From: an uncultured Gammaproteobacteria bacterium
Lineage (GTDB): Bacteria > Patescibacteriota > Microgenomatia > UBA12405
Reading direction: 5' to 3'
Assembly (NCBI GenBank): GCA_964544275.1
Contig: CAZIZX010000001.1
Location: 196,342-260,341 of the forward strand
DNA length: 64,000 bases
Shown: piece after piece, positions 48,338 through 58,354 of the stretch
Position numbering within the stretch: the first letter of the stretch is position 1
How the letters are laid out: each line of letters begins with the position of its first letter
Translations under genes and position numbers: made by a program
Notes under the pieces: generated by a model
Database searches by the model: none
The model's input: the letters and a program-made list of their open reading frames with translations, nothing else
What the model was told of the DNA's origin: nothing

Positions 48338-49404
48338 AAAAACAAAAAATAGCCATTGACATCTCACCCACTTTCGATGGCAATTCGCTTCGTGGCATTG
48401 GCTATTTTACCTCCCGACTGGTCGAGTCAATTAAAACTGAACTAAAAACCAATCCTGAATTCAAAAACTATCAGGTCGATTTCCTCACTCGAATTGATCA
48501 AAACCAATCAGGCTATGACTTAATTCACTATCCTTTTTTCGATCCGTTCAAGCTAACACTCCCCTCCAAAAAAAACATTCCTACCATTGTTACCGTCTAC
48601 GACCTCATCCCTCGACAATTTAAACAATTTTTTCCCGTTGGCATAAAAGGGGAATTATCCTGGCAAATCCAAAAAGCTCGCCTCCGCCATTCCGATTATC
48701 TAATAACTTGCTCCCACTATTCAAAACATATCATTAGCGATCTGACCGGCTATCCTGCTGACAGAATTTACGTCACCTACGCTGCTGCCGACGACAATTT
48801 TCGTCCCATCAAAAATCAGACAAAACTAAATTCCGTTAGCCAAAAATACCATCTTCCCGATAAATTTGTCCTTTATCTTGGTGATATTAATTGGAACAAA
48901 AACATCCCCTCCCTAGTCAAAGCTTGCCAAAAATTAAAATATCCTCTGGTAATAGTCGGATCGGCCGCCACTGAAAAAGACATCCCCGTTCATCCCTGGA
49001 CCCAAGACCTTCGCTGGCTCCAATCCCAAGCAAAAAAATCCCAGCTCATCCAATTAACTGGTTTCGTCCCCGACGAAGACCTTCCCGCCATCTTTAACCT
49101 GGCCACCATCTATTGTCAACCATCCTTTGCCGAAGGCTTCGGCGTACCTGTCGTCCAAGCTATGCAGTCAGGTTGTACCGTAGCCTACAGTACCGAAACC
49201 AGCCTTCCGGAAGTGATGGATTTTAACGGTGAATTTTTTGATCCCTATTCAACAAGCGAAATTCAAACTGCCTTGTCTAAACTGTGGAATGATCCCAAAT
49301 TGAGAAATCATTACCAAAAAAGCGGCCTCAAAAGGGCTCGGTTTTTCGACTGGAAACTAACAGCTATCCAAACATTATCCGTCTACCAACTAGCTCTTTT
49401 ATGA
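48334..49404 (+). CDS. GT4 (GT-B) glycosyltransferase.
   Basis: C-terminal EGFGVPVVQAMQSGCTVAYS, the GT4 E-x7-E region. Rossmann halves are present. Confidence 0.75.
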   Translation: MKKQKIAIDISPTFDGNSLRGIGYFTSRLVESIKTELKTNPEFKNYQVDFLTRIDQNQSGYDLIHYPFFDPFKLTLPSKKNIPTIVTVYDLIPRQFKQFFPVGIKGELSWQIQKARLRHSDYLITCSHYSKHIISDLTGYPADRIYVTYAAADDNFRPIKNQTKLNSVSQKYHLPDKFVLYLGDINWNKNIPSLVKACQKLKYPLVIVGSAATEKDIPVHPWTQDLRWLQSQAKKSQLIQLTGFVPDEDLPAIFNLATIYCQPSFAEGFGVPVVQAMQSGCTVAYSTETSLPEVMDFNGEFFDPYSTSEIQTALSKLWNDPKLRNHYQKSGLKRARFFDWKLTAIQTLSVYQLALL

Positions 49405-50210
49405 AAAAATCCACCCATTTCCTTTCCGTTATCATCCCTGTCTACAAACAGGAAAAAACCATCAAAAACGATCTCCTGTCAATTATCTCCACACTTGATC
49501 GTATCCGCTACGACTACGAAATAATCGCTATCGTTGATGGCATCAAAGTCGACAACTCCTACGAAATTATCGAATCCATAAAACATCCCAAAACCAAAGT
49601 TTTTGGTTACTATACCAACCGCGGCAAAGGCTACGCTGTCCGCTACGGTATGGCCAAAACTACTGGAGATTACGTTGCTTTTATTGATGCTGGCATGGAA
49701 ATTGACCCCAATGGAATTTCCATGCTCATCGAACACTTGGAGTGGTACAACGCTGATATTATTGTTGCCTCGAAAAGACATCCGGCTTCCCATGTCAATT
49801 ATCCCCTCCAACGTCGTCTGATCAGCCTTGGAGCCCAGATCATTTCCAAGGTTCTTTTAAGCATTAATGTCAAAGACACTCAAGCTGGTCTCAAAATTTT
49901 CAAACGTAAAGTCCTGGAAAAAGTCTTACCCCGATTATTAGTCAAAACTTACGCTTTTGACCTGGAAATACTTTCCGTTGCCAAACATCTTGGATTCAAC
50001 CGTATTTTTGAAGCACCCATCAAACTTAATTATGACTTCGACAGTCTGACTCACGCCCAAGGACTTCATACAATACTAAAGTGTCTTCAGGATACTCTTG
50101 CTGTCTTTTATCGACTCAAAATCATCCGCTACTACGATGACGACAACAAAAGAAAATGGATCTATGACCCGGATTTGGAAATGAGAATTAATACCGGAGA
50201 AGTCGCATGA
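49401..50210 (+). CDS. GT2 polyprenyl-phosphate monosaccharide synthase (DPM1-like).
   Basis: LSVIIPVYKQEKTI, GKGYAVRYG, FIDAGMEIDP and TQAGLKIF. Confidence 0.7.
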   Translation: MKKSTHFLSVIIPVYKQEKTIKNDLLSIISTLDRIRYDYEIIAIVDGIKVDNSYEIIESIKHPKTKVFGYYTNRGKGYAVRYGMAKTTGDYVAFIDAGMEIDPNGISMLIEHLEWYNADIIVASKRHPASHVNYPLQRRLISLGAQIISKVLLSINVKDTQAGLKIFKRKVLEKVLPRLLVKTYAFDLEILSVAKHLGFNRIFEAPIKLNYDFDSLTHAQGLHTILKCLQDTLAVFYRLKIIRYYDDDNKRKWIYDPDLEMRINTGEVA

Positions 50211-51205
50211 GCCAAATTCTCTTTTCTATCATTATTCCTGTCCGGCATACTACTAAATATCTTCGTCAAACTCTAAAGTTTATTAAAAAACAAACACTTC
50301 CCCAATATGAAGTTCTAGTCATCGACGATAAGCTCTCGACCAAATATTCAAAAAACCCAAACCACACCGGCCCGGCTTTCAAACGTAACCTTGGAGCTAA
50401 ACTCGCCCAAGGTCAATACTTAGCCTTTCTCGATGACGATTCGTATCCTGACAAAAATTGGTTAAAAAACACCTTAACCCTCTTCCAAGCTGACAAAGAC
50501 ATTGCCGCCATCTGCGGGCCCTGTCTCACCCCTCCGGATGACAACCGCTATCAGCAAGCTTCCGGCCTGGTCTGGTCGTCTTTTTTTGGCAGTGGGGGAG
50601 CTGGTTGTTATCGCAATTCCATCCACAAAAGTCGTTTTGTTGACGACTTTCCTTCAGTCAACTTGATAGTCAAAAAAAATATTTTCTTGAAAGCTGGCAG
50701 TTTTGATCATAATTATTGGCCCGGTGAAGACACTGTCTTGTGTCTGAAAATTACCAAAGAATTAAATAAAAAAATTCTCTATCATCCAACCATCCAAGTC
50801 TTCCATCATCGCCGACCGGTAATCTGGCCCCACCTTCAACAACTCAAACGTTACGCTATTCAACGGGGTTATTTCGTCAAAGTATTTCCTCAAACCAGCT
50901 TTCGACTTGGTTATTTTCTCCCGTCTTTCTTTTTTTTATACATCATCCTGCTTCCATTTTTACTATTTTTTCATCATTTTTTACCCTTAATTCCATTATA
51001 TTTGTATACATCAATACTAGTTCTTACCTTCATTAATTTTATTATCAAAGGCCACCACGCTATTACCTCGTTACTGGCATCAGCCACCATCCCCATCACC
51101 CACCTCTATTACGGCATGCTATTCTTATTTGGCTTATCCAAAAAGAACAATCTTTTTGTTCCTCATCAAATAAATATTAAAACTGGAGAATATGTCGGCG
51201 GCTAA
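50207..51205 (+). CDS. GT2 glycosyltransferase with a C-terminal multi-TM extension.
   Basis: FSIIIPVRHT, VLVIDD and FLDDDS (DxD). The last ~100 aa are hydrophobic (2-3 TM segments). Confidence 0.7.
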   Translation: MSQILFSIIIPVRHTTKYLRQTLKFIKKQTLPQYEVLVIDDKLSTKYSKNPNHTGPAFKRNLGAKLAQGQYLAFLDDDSYPDKNWLKNTLTLFQADKDIAAICGPCLTPPDDNRYQQASGLVWSSFFGSGGAGCYRNSIHKSRFVDDFPSVNLIVKKNIFLKAGSFDHNYWPGEDTVLCLKITKELNKKILYHPTIQVFHHRRPVIWPHLQQLKRYAIQRGYFVKVFPQTSFRLGYFLPSFFFLYIILLPFLLFFHHFLPLIPLYLYTSILVLTFINFIIKGHHAITSLLASATIPITHLYYGMLFLFGLSKKNNLFVPHQINIKTGEYVGG

Positions 51206-52679
51206 ACCATTTTCCATTTCTATTTCCTACCCTCCCCTGGAGTCTTCCAAGGGCAGCCCTTTTTTAAGCCAAAACCGTCAATTCCAATGGACTCATACCG
51301 GCAATGTTATTTATCCGGTTGTTCCCGCCTCCGCCGCCACCCTGCTTCAACAAAATAATTACCCCGTTTTTTGGGACGACGCTCTGGCCCAAAAACTAAA
51401 CTACCAAGATTGGCTAAAAAGAATAATTAAAAATAAGCCCAATCTGATCGTCATCGAAACCAAAACCCCTGTCATCAAAAAACATTGGCAAATTATTAAT
51501 CACCTCAAAAAATGCCACCCCAAATGGAAACCCATAATCGTTCTGATGGGGGATCATGTTACTGCCCTACCCCAAGAATCGCTCAACAATTCTCAGGTTG
51601 ATTACATTCTCACCGGTGGTGACTACGACTTTATGCTCTTAAATCTGGCCAACCACCTTACCCAAAACGAAAAATTAAAACCGGGATTCTATTATCGTAC
51701 CCCAAACACCATCGTCAACTCAGGCAAATTTGCTCTTAAGCACCACCATCTTGACAGCCTTCCCGTTATTGACCGCCAACTTACTCAATGGCACCTGTAC
51801 GCTTATAATAACTCTAATTACAAATACAAGCCCGGTGCCTATATTATGTCCTCCCGTGATTGCTGGTGGGGAAGATGCACCTTTTGTTCCTGGACTACCC
51901 TTTATCCCGGCAATCAATACCGTTCATTTTCTCCGGACTTCGTCATCAAAGAAATTGAAAATTTAGTTCACAACTTCAACGTCAAAGAAGTTTTTGATGA
52001 CGCCGGCACTTTTCCCGGTGGTAAATGGTTGGAAGAATTTTGCCAAAAGATGATTGACAGGGGACTAAACAAAAAAATAAAAATCAGTTGCAATATGCGC
52101 TTCGGTGCTTTAAATCTAAAGCAGTATCAACTGATGGCCAAAGCCGGTTTTCGCTTCATTCTTTACGGACTGGAATCTATCAACCAAAACACTCTCGATA
52201 AAATCAATAAAAACTTAAAGTTAAAAGAGATCAAAAAAACTTTAACCATGGCCAAATCAGTTGGTTTGGAGCCCCATTTAACTGTCATGATCGGTTACCC
52301 CTGGGAAACCCAAAAACAAGCCCAAAACACTCTAAATTTTGCCCGCTTCCTCTTCAAACAGGGGTTGGCCGACAGCCTCCAGGCCACCATCGTTATTCCG
52401 TATCCGGGTACCCCTTTGTTTGATTTCTGCCAAAAAAACAAACTTTTAATTACCCATAATTGGGAAGATTATGACATGCAAAATCCGGTTATCAAATCTC
52501 CCATATCCCCCAATCGCCAAAAACAACTGGTTCAGGATATTTTCAAAGGCATAATTTCACCCCAATTTATCCTACGAAAAATTACCTCAATCAGGAACAT
52601 CGAAGATATTAAATTCCTATCTACTTATGCCATCAAGTATCTTAAAAAATTAAAAGATTTTTCTTTTCATGACAGTTGA
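51192..52679 (+). CDS. B12-binding-domain radical SAM enzyme (class B-like) with non-canonical Cx4Cx2C cluster spacing.
   Basis: The N-terminal ~150 aa have a Rossmann-like cobalamin-binding-domain architecture. The radical SAM core is SRDCWWGRCTFCSW followed by a TIM-barrel region with conserved Gly/Asp positions. It aligns to the ORF at 56956 (TRGCPFNCYYCS). Confidence 0.65.
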   Translation: MSAAKPFSISISYPPLESSKGSPFLSQNRQFQWTHTGNVIYPVVPASAATLLQQNNYPVFWDDALAQKLNYQDWLKRIIKNKPNLIVIETKTPVIKKHWQIINHLKKCHPKWKPIIVLMGDHVTALPQESLNNSQVDYILTGGDYDFMLLNLANHLTQNEKLKPGFYYRTPNTIVNSGKFALKHHHLDSLPVIDRQLTQWHLYAYNNSNYKYKPGAYIMSSRDCWWGRCTFCSWTTLYPGNQYRSFSPDFVIKEIENLVHNFNVKEVFDDAGTFPGGKWLEEFCQKMIDRGLNKKIKISCNMRFGALNLKQYQLMAKAGFRFILYGLESINQNTLDKINKNLKLKEIKKTLTMAKSVGLEPHLTVMIGYPWETQKQAQNTLNFARFLFKQGLADSLQATIVIPYPGTPLFDFCQKNKLLITHNWEDYDMQNPVIKSPISPNRQKQLVQDIFKGIISPQFILRKITSIRNIEDIKFLSTYAIKYLKKLKDFSFHDS

Positions 52680-53688
52680 TATATCAATTATTATCCCCAC
52701 CCTTAACTCCGAAAAAGTCCTGCCTCATTGCCTTGAATCAATCAAGCGCCAAAACTTCCCTTCAAACAACTACGAAATCATCATCTCCGATGGCGGTTCA
52801 ATCGACAACACTATTTCCATCGCCAAAAAATACCATGCCAAGATTGTCAAAAATCCTCTCAAAACTGCCGAAGCCGGAAAAGCAGTTGCCCTCAAGCATT
52901 CTACTGGCAAGTATATAGCTCTGATTGACTCCGACAATATTCTGCCTCACCCGGATTGGATTTCCCAAATGTTAAAGCCGTTCCAGCAAAACCCTAAAAT
53001 TATTGGCATCGAACCCATCGAGTTCACTTACCAGACCAACGCTGGCTTTATCGAGAGGTATTCGGCCCTAATCGGCGCCAACGACCCATACGCCTTTATA
53101 TCCGGTGTCTCTGATCGCAAAAATTACATTAATCACCGCTGGACCGCCCTTGACCTAAAAACCAAAAGGTTCAAGAACTTTACTCTAATCAAACTTTACC
53201 CAAAAAAACCCATTCCCACCATCGGCGCCAACGGTACCGTTTTTCGCACTGACTTCCTCAAAAAAAATCTCCATTCCGACTACCTTTTCGACATTGACAT
53301 TATCACTCAGGTTTTAAATAAATACCAAAAACCGCTCCTTTTTGCCAAAGTTCACACCGGTATCATTCATACATATTGCGAGTCATCAATATCAAAATTC
53401 TACCGAAAACAAAAACGCCGGCTGACAGATTACTACACCTACCGACATCTTAGAAACTACGACTGGGATTCTTCCAACAAAACCGGTATCATCAAGTTTT
53501 CACTCTATACTCTCTCCTTTATTTTTCCCCTGATAGACTCTTTCAGAGGATTTTTCAACCAGCCGGACGCAGCCTGGTTCTTTCATCCTCTCGCCTGTCT
53601 GCTTACGCTTTTTGTCTACTCAAAAGTTCATCTTGCCTTTATACTTAACCAACTCAAACCAGTTAGCCGTCAAACCTGGCAACAATGA
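52669..53688 (+). CDS. GT2 glycosyltransferase.
   Basis: ISIIIPTLNSEKVL, IIISDGGSIDNT and LIDSDN. Confidence 0.75.
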   Translation: MTVDISIIIPTLNSEKVLPHCLESIKRQNFPSNNYEIIISDGGSIDNTISIAKKYHAKIVKNPLKTAEAGKAVALKHSTGKYIALIDSDNILPHPDWISQMLKPFQQNPKIIGIEPIEFTYQTNAGFIERYSALIGANDPYAFISGVSDRKNYINHRWTALDLKTKRFKNFTLIKLYPKKPIPTIGANGTVFRTDFLKKNLHSDYLFDIDIITQVLNKYQKPLLFAKVHTGIIHTYCESSISKFYRKQKRRLTDYYTYRHLRNYDWDSSNKTGIIKFSLYTLSFIFPLIDSFRGFFNQPDAAWFFHPLACLLTLFVYSKVHLAFILNQLKPVSRQTWQQ

Positions 53689-54695
53689 CCAACCTCCTTC
53701 TTCCCCAACTTCTCTACCACCAAAATATCAAAAAAACTGCTAATTTCCTCTTAAACCAGCCGTTATTTTTTCAAAATCGGCTATATCTATACTTACAACA
53801 ACAACGAATCACTCGCGTCATTGAAAAATTTAAACAATCTCCCTTTGCCCTTCGTATCGAAAACACCAACTTTTGTAACGGCCGCTGTTTTATGTGTCCC
53901 CACTCGTCGATGAAAAGAAAACAGGGGACTATGTCAAAAAAACTTTATCAAAAAATCATCAACCAGGCTGTCTCTTTGGGTATAAATTTTATCAACCTGC
54001 ACAACTTCGGAGAACCTCTGCTTGATCAGGATTTTATCTGGAGAATAAAATTTGCCAAATCCCAAGGTATCGAAAAAATCTCAACCAACACCAACGGTCT
54101 CCTTTTAACACCCAAATTATCAAAAGAAATTATTAAATCCGGGTTAGATGAAATTTACTTCAGTCTTGACGCTGCCTCTTCTCCTACCTACAAAAAAATT
54201 CGCCTTGGCCTTAATTATAAAATTGTCCACCAAAACCTGAATAACCTGATAAAGATCAAACAACAACTCAAATCATCTACACCCATAATAATTGTTGATT
54301 TCCTCGAATCAAGCTTAAACAAACACGAAACCAAATTGTTTGTCCAAAAATGGCAACCAAAAGTTGACCATGTCTGCATTTCCCAACTCCATGATTGGTC
54401 AGAAAAAATAACTTCTTCCGTCGACAACAGGTTTTCAAATTATGTTTCCTACAGCCAATCTCCCTGTCGTTTACCTTTTACCGAAATGACTATCAATTGG
54501 GACGGATCGGTTTCTCTATGCTGCCAGGATATAGAAGGAGAAGTCATCATTGGTAATATCAACCATCAAACCATTTCTCAGGTTTGGCAAAGCAAAAAAC
54601 TGGAGTCGATCCGCCAAAAACATTTATCCCTAACAACCGATCAGCTAATGTTATGTTCCAAATGCAAGCTTAGAACTTTTTGGTGGACTTTTTAA
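53685..54695 (+). CDS. Radical SAM enzyme with a C-terminal SPASM domain.
   Basis: CNGRCFMCPH (Cx3Cx2C) and GEPLL. C-terminal SPCRLP...SLCCQD...CSKCKL, a Cys-rich SPASM auxiliary-cluster motif. Confidence 0.75.
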   Translation: MTNLLLPQLLYHQNIKKTANFLLNQPLFFQNRLYLYLQQQRITRVIEKFKQSPFALRIENTNFCNGRCFMCPHSSMKRKQGTMSKKLYQKIINQAVSLGINFINLHNFGEPLLDQDFIWRIKFAKSQGIEKISTNTNGLLLTPKLSKEIIKSGLDEIYFSLDAASSPTYKKIRLGLNYKIVHQNLNNLIKIKQQLKSSTPIIIVDFLESSLNKHETKLFVQKWQPKVDHVCISQLHDWSEKITSSVDNRFSNYVSYSQSPCRLPFTEMTINWDGSVSLCCQDIEGEVIIGNINHQTISQVWQSKKLESIRQKHLSLTTDQLMLCSKCKLRTFWWTF

Positions 54696-54696
54696 T

Positions 54697-55854
54697 ATGA
54701 CCAAGCCTAAAATTCTTATAATTTGTCCCTTTTATCCCCCCAACTTAGGCGGAGTCGAAACCCATCTCCAGCTATTAACCAATCATCTTTCAAAAAATCA
54801 ATATCCCACCACCGTCCTCAGCTATAAACCCATTACCACCAAAGTTGATGGCTACATCAAACATGAAAAACAAGGCTATATCGATATTCATCGATATTGG
54901 TGGCCCGGATTCGGCTTGTTCGACAAAACTACGCCTTACCCGATTTTACAGTTTCTCTATATTGTCCCCGGCTTACTTTTTCACAGCCTATCCTATGCAC
55001 TAAAAAACAACCAAAACATTGACGTCATCCACACCCACGGCTTTGCCGCCGCCTTCATCGGCAGAATCATCAGCCTCTTCTTTCCCCACAAACGCTTGGT
55101 TGTCAGCACTCATTTCATTTACCAGAAACTGTCAAAAGATAGCTTCTCAGCCAAAATATTCAAATGGACTTTCGACCGCTATGACAAAATTCTTCTTGTC
55201 AGCCAAAAATCCGGCGCCGAACTAAAACACATCGGTCTCAGATCCGAAAAGATGGAAATATTTCACCATTGGCTAGATCAAGATATTTTTAAACCAGCCA
55301 GCAAATCCAAAACCAGAACCTCACTCCAACTTCCCATCAACACTCCTATCGTTCTTTTCGTCGGACGTATTATTAGAATGAAAGGTGTCTTTGAACTGTT
55401 GAAAGCCGCCGCCAAATTACCTCAAGTCCAGTTTATCTGCATCGGTGATGGCCCGGATATGCCCCAACTCAAAACAGCCGCCCGACTAATCAAGAACTTT
55501 AAATTGATAGGCAAAATCAGTCATGTCGACACTATTAAATATTACAATTCGGCTGATATTTTTATCCTGCCTTCACAAAGTGACGAAGCCCAACCCGTAA
55601 CCATCATGGAAGCCCTTTCCTGCGCCTGTCCGGTCATCTCTACCAACAAAGGCGCTGTAGCCAGCATGTTCAGTCCAAAATGTGGCATCTCCATCAGCCC
55701 GACTGTTTCTAATATCAAAAACGCTATCTCCAATTTACTAAGCGACCAAGCCCGACTACACAGCATGTCTCTTGCCGCCAGAAAATATGCTCTAAAACAT
55801 TATTCTGCCGCCAACGCTGATATTATTACCAAAAGTTACCATGCCCAATATTGA
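54697..55854 (+). CDS. GT4 (GT-B) glycosyltransferase.
   Basis: ILIICPFYPPNLGGVETH, and the C-terminal DEAQPVTIMEALSCACPVIST. Confidence 0.8.
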   Translation: MTKPKILIICPFYPPNLGGVETHLQLLTNHLSKNQYPTTVLSYKPITTKVDGYIKHEKQGYIDIHRYWWPGFGLFDKTTPYPILQFLYIVPGLLFHSLSYALKNNQNIDVIHTHGFAAAFIGRIISLFFPHKRLVVSTHFIYQKLSKDSFSAKIFKWTFDRYDKILLVSQKSGAELKHIGLRSEKMEIFHHWLDQDIFKPASKSKTRTSLQLPINTPIVLFVGRIIRMKGVFELLKAAAKLPQVQFICIGDGPDMPQLKTAARLIKNFKLIGKISHVDTIKYYNSADIFILPSQSDEAQPVTIMEALSCACPVISTNKGAVASMFSPKCGISISPTVSNIKNAISNLLSDQARLHSMSLAARKYALKHYSAANADIITKSYHAQY

Positions 55855-56959
55855 TCTAAAAAAGAAATTCGTTTTGGCCCGAAAATCTCCTTTAACCGCC
55901 CTAAACACCGTTCTCGATCCAGTCCTATACCACCGCCACCCAACTCCTTTTCCTCGCCTTATCAATCTCTTTGTTACCGAAAGCTGTAACTTCAACTGCC
56001 CCATGTGCCACGTCAAATCATCCCGTCTCCAAAGAAAAAAAACTCAAATTTCTCTCGATAATCTCAAACCCTTAATTGATGAGTCTTCACCCTTTCAACC
56101 GTCATTTCAACTTGCCGGCGGCGAACCTCTCCTCCATCCTCAAATATTCAAAATAATAAAATATATATCAGACAAAAAAATGATTTCCGGACTGGTTACC
56201 AATGGTCTTCTGCTGGAAAAATACGCTCAAGATATTATTGATTCCGACCTTGATTTCTTGGCTGTTTCCTTGGATGGTCCCGATGAAACCACCCAATACC
56301 AGCGAGGCTTCGTCAAAAATTCTTTCACTCAAATCATCAAGGGTATCAAAAAAATTATCCGTCTCAAAAAAAATAGCCATCTTCCCAATATCCGTCTGGC
56401 CACCGTTATTTCCAAAAACAATTTAAACAACTTTGACCAAATTTTTTCCTTGGCCCAAAACCTTAGGATCGACCAATGGTCCCTTAGCCACCATTTCTTT
56501 TACAACCAAAACATACAAAAAACCCAAAATAAGTTCTCCCGACAACACCACTTAGGCACTGACATTTGGGGAGAATATATTGGTAATAGGAAAGAATTTT
56601 TCACCCTCAAACAAAGGCAAACTCTAAAGCTAAAACTTAAAAAGTTGAACCAAAATATTAAAACAGCCAAAAATATAAAAACCAACATTATTCCACCCGC
56701 AACCGTTGATCCGTATTATACACAAACACCTCCTTCTACTCGATCCTCTTGTCTCTCACCATACCGGCAGGTATTCATCCGCGGTAATGGAGATGTGGAA
56801 ATGTGTCAGGGCTATATTTTGGGTAATATTAAGGGTCAAAAATTAAAAGATATCTGGACCAGCTCTAAAGCCAGTCACTTCCGCCACGTCTTTTCATCCA
56901 ATCCCATTATGCCCTCATGTTTTCGTTGTTGTGCTCTAGATATTAAATTCGATCAATGA
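55841..56959 (+). CDS. Radical SAM enzyme with a C-terminal SPASM domain.
   Basis: TESCNFNCPMCHV (Cx3Cx2C) and AGGEPLLHP. C-terminal SCLSPY...EMCQGY...CFRCCALD. Confidence 0.75.
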   Translation: MPNIDLKKKFVLARKSPLTALNTVLDPVLYHRHPTPFPRLINLFVTESCNFNCPMCHVKSSRLQRKKTQISLDNLKPLIDESSPFQPSFQLAGGEPLLHPQIFKIIKYISDKKMISGLVTNGLLLEKYAQDIIDSDLDFLAVSLDGPDETTQYQRGFVKNSFTQIIKGIKKIIRLKKNSHLPNIRLATVISKNNLNNFDQIFSLAQNLRIDQWSLSHHFFYNQNIQKTQNKFSRQHHLGTDIWGEYIGNRKEFFTLKQRQTLKLKLKKLNQNIKTAKNIKTNIIPPATVDPYYTQTPPSTRSSCLSPYRQVFIRGNGDVEMCQGYILGNIKGQKLKDIWTSSKASHFRHVFSSNPIMPSCFRCCALDIKFDQ

Positions 56960-58353
56960 CCCAAGTTATCCTCATCAATCCGCCCATTTTCTATCACCAG
57001 GGAAACCCTGTCTCCCTCGATACCAGCTTTCCACCACTCGGACTCCTTTATTTGGCTTCGACACTAAAACAGAACAATATTTCAGTCAAAACCCTAGACG
57101 TCGGGGCCCAAAATTTAAACCTAGACGATACCTTATCCTTTATCAAAAACGAAAACGCCGTTATTGTTGGTATCACCTCCATGACACCAACACTCCAAGG
57201 TGCAGTAACATTGGCCAAGTCTATAAGATCCAAATTCAAAAACGTCAACCTCGTCCTGGGCGGATCTCATATCAGTGCTGACCCCGATTTTATCAGGCGC
57301 CTGCCTTTTTTCGACTTCGCTATTCAGGGCGAATCCGAATTAACTTTTTTAAATCTAGTCCAACAGGTCCTTGACGGCAAGAAAATTCGCGGCACCCATC
57401 TGGGCAAACCGGCTCAAAACCTCGACCATCTTCCCTGGCCCGACAGAAACCAATTACCCTCAAACTCATACCTCAAAAAAGCCGATTTAATTGCCACCCG
57501 AGGTTGCCCTTTTAACTGTTATTACTGCAGTCGCCCGGCGGTCAGCAATTGCATCCGCTATCGGTCTCCCAAAGACATTGCCGACGAAATGGATTCTCTC
57601 TATTCTTCTTCTGGCGGTGATTATTTGTTTCAAGATGACTCCCTCACCATCAACAAAGCTCATATAATCGAACTGTCCGAAGAACTCATCAAACGCTCAA
57701 AGCGTTATCACTGGGAAGGATATACCCGAATCGATCTGGTTGACGCAGATGTCCTGTCAGCTATGTCTCAAGCTGGTTGTCACAACTTAACTTTTGGCAT
57801 CGAAACAGGTGATGAAAAACTCAGGCGAGAAGTTGTCAAAAAACCCTTTACCAATTCCCAAATAAAAAATGTTATCAAACTCTGTCAAAAATATCACATT
57901 ACCGCCAGTGGTTTTTTTATCATCGGTCACTATTCGGAAACCAAAACCCAAGTCACCAAAACCATAGACTTTATACTAAAAAACAATTTCGATGTCGTTG
58001 GTGTATCGATCGCCACTCCTTTTCCCGGATCAAAACTTTGGGATTATGCCATCAACGACAAAATAATCGATCTGAAATTTATCGATAATTTTGCTCTCGG
58101 AAAAATGGGGGATGGTTACGCCGGAATCTACCCTGTTTATCACCCCTCCCGCCTTAAGCTGGATTGGCTCTACCAGCAAAGACGCTATGTCATGAGAAAG
58201 TTTTATCTTCGCCCCAAATTTATTCTCAATCGTCTTGCCAAAGACATCTTGTCACCTCAATACCTATACGCCGACATCAAGGAGGGGTTAAATGTCTTAG
58301 TCAAAGGCTCTTCCTCCCGCGCTCCTTACAAAAAACAAACCAAATATCTCTAA
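56956..58353 (+). CDS. B12-binding-domain radical SAM enzyme (class B-like).
   Basis: N-terminal B12-binding-like domain (LGLLYLASTLKQNNISVKTLD.....VIVGITSMT). Canonical RGCPFNCYYCS. C-terminal radical SAM TIM barrel. Confidence 0.75.
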   Translation: MTQVILINPPIFYHQGNPVSLDTSFPPLGLLYLASTLKQNNISVKTLDVGAQNLNLDDTLSFIKNENAVIVGITSMTPTLQGAVTLAKSIRSKFKNVNLVLGGSHISADPDFIRRLPFFDFAIQGESELTFLNLVQQVLDGKKIRGTHLGKPAQNLDHLPWPDRNQLPSNSYLKKADLIATRGCPFNCYYCSRPAVSNCIRYRSPKDIADEMDSLYSSSGGDYLFQDDSLTINKAHIIELSEELIKRSKRYHWEGYTRIDLVDADVLSAMSQAGCHNLTFGIETGDEKLRREVVKKPFTNSQIKNVIKLCQKYHITASGFFIIGHYSETKTQVTKTIDFILKNNFDVVGVSIATPFPGSKLWDYAINDKIIDLKFIDNFALGKMGDGYAGIYPVYHPSRLKLDWLYQQRRYVMRKFYLRPKFILNRLAKDILSPQYLYADIKEGLNVLVKGSSSRAPYKKQTKYL

Positions 58354-58354
58354 A

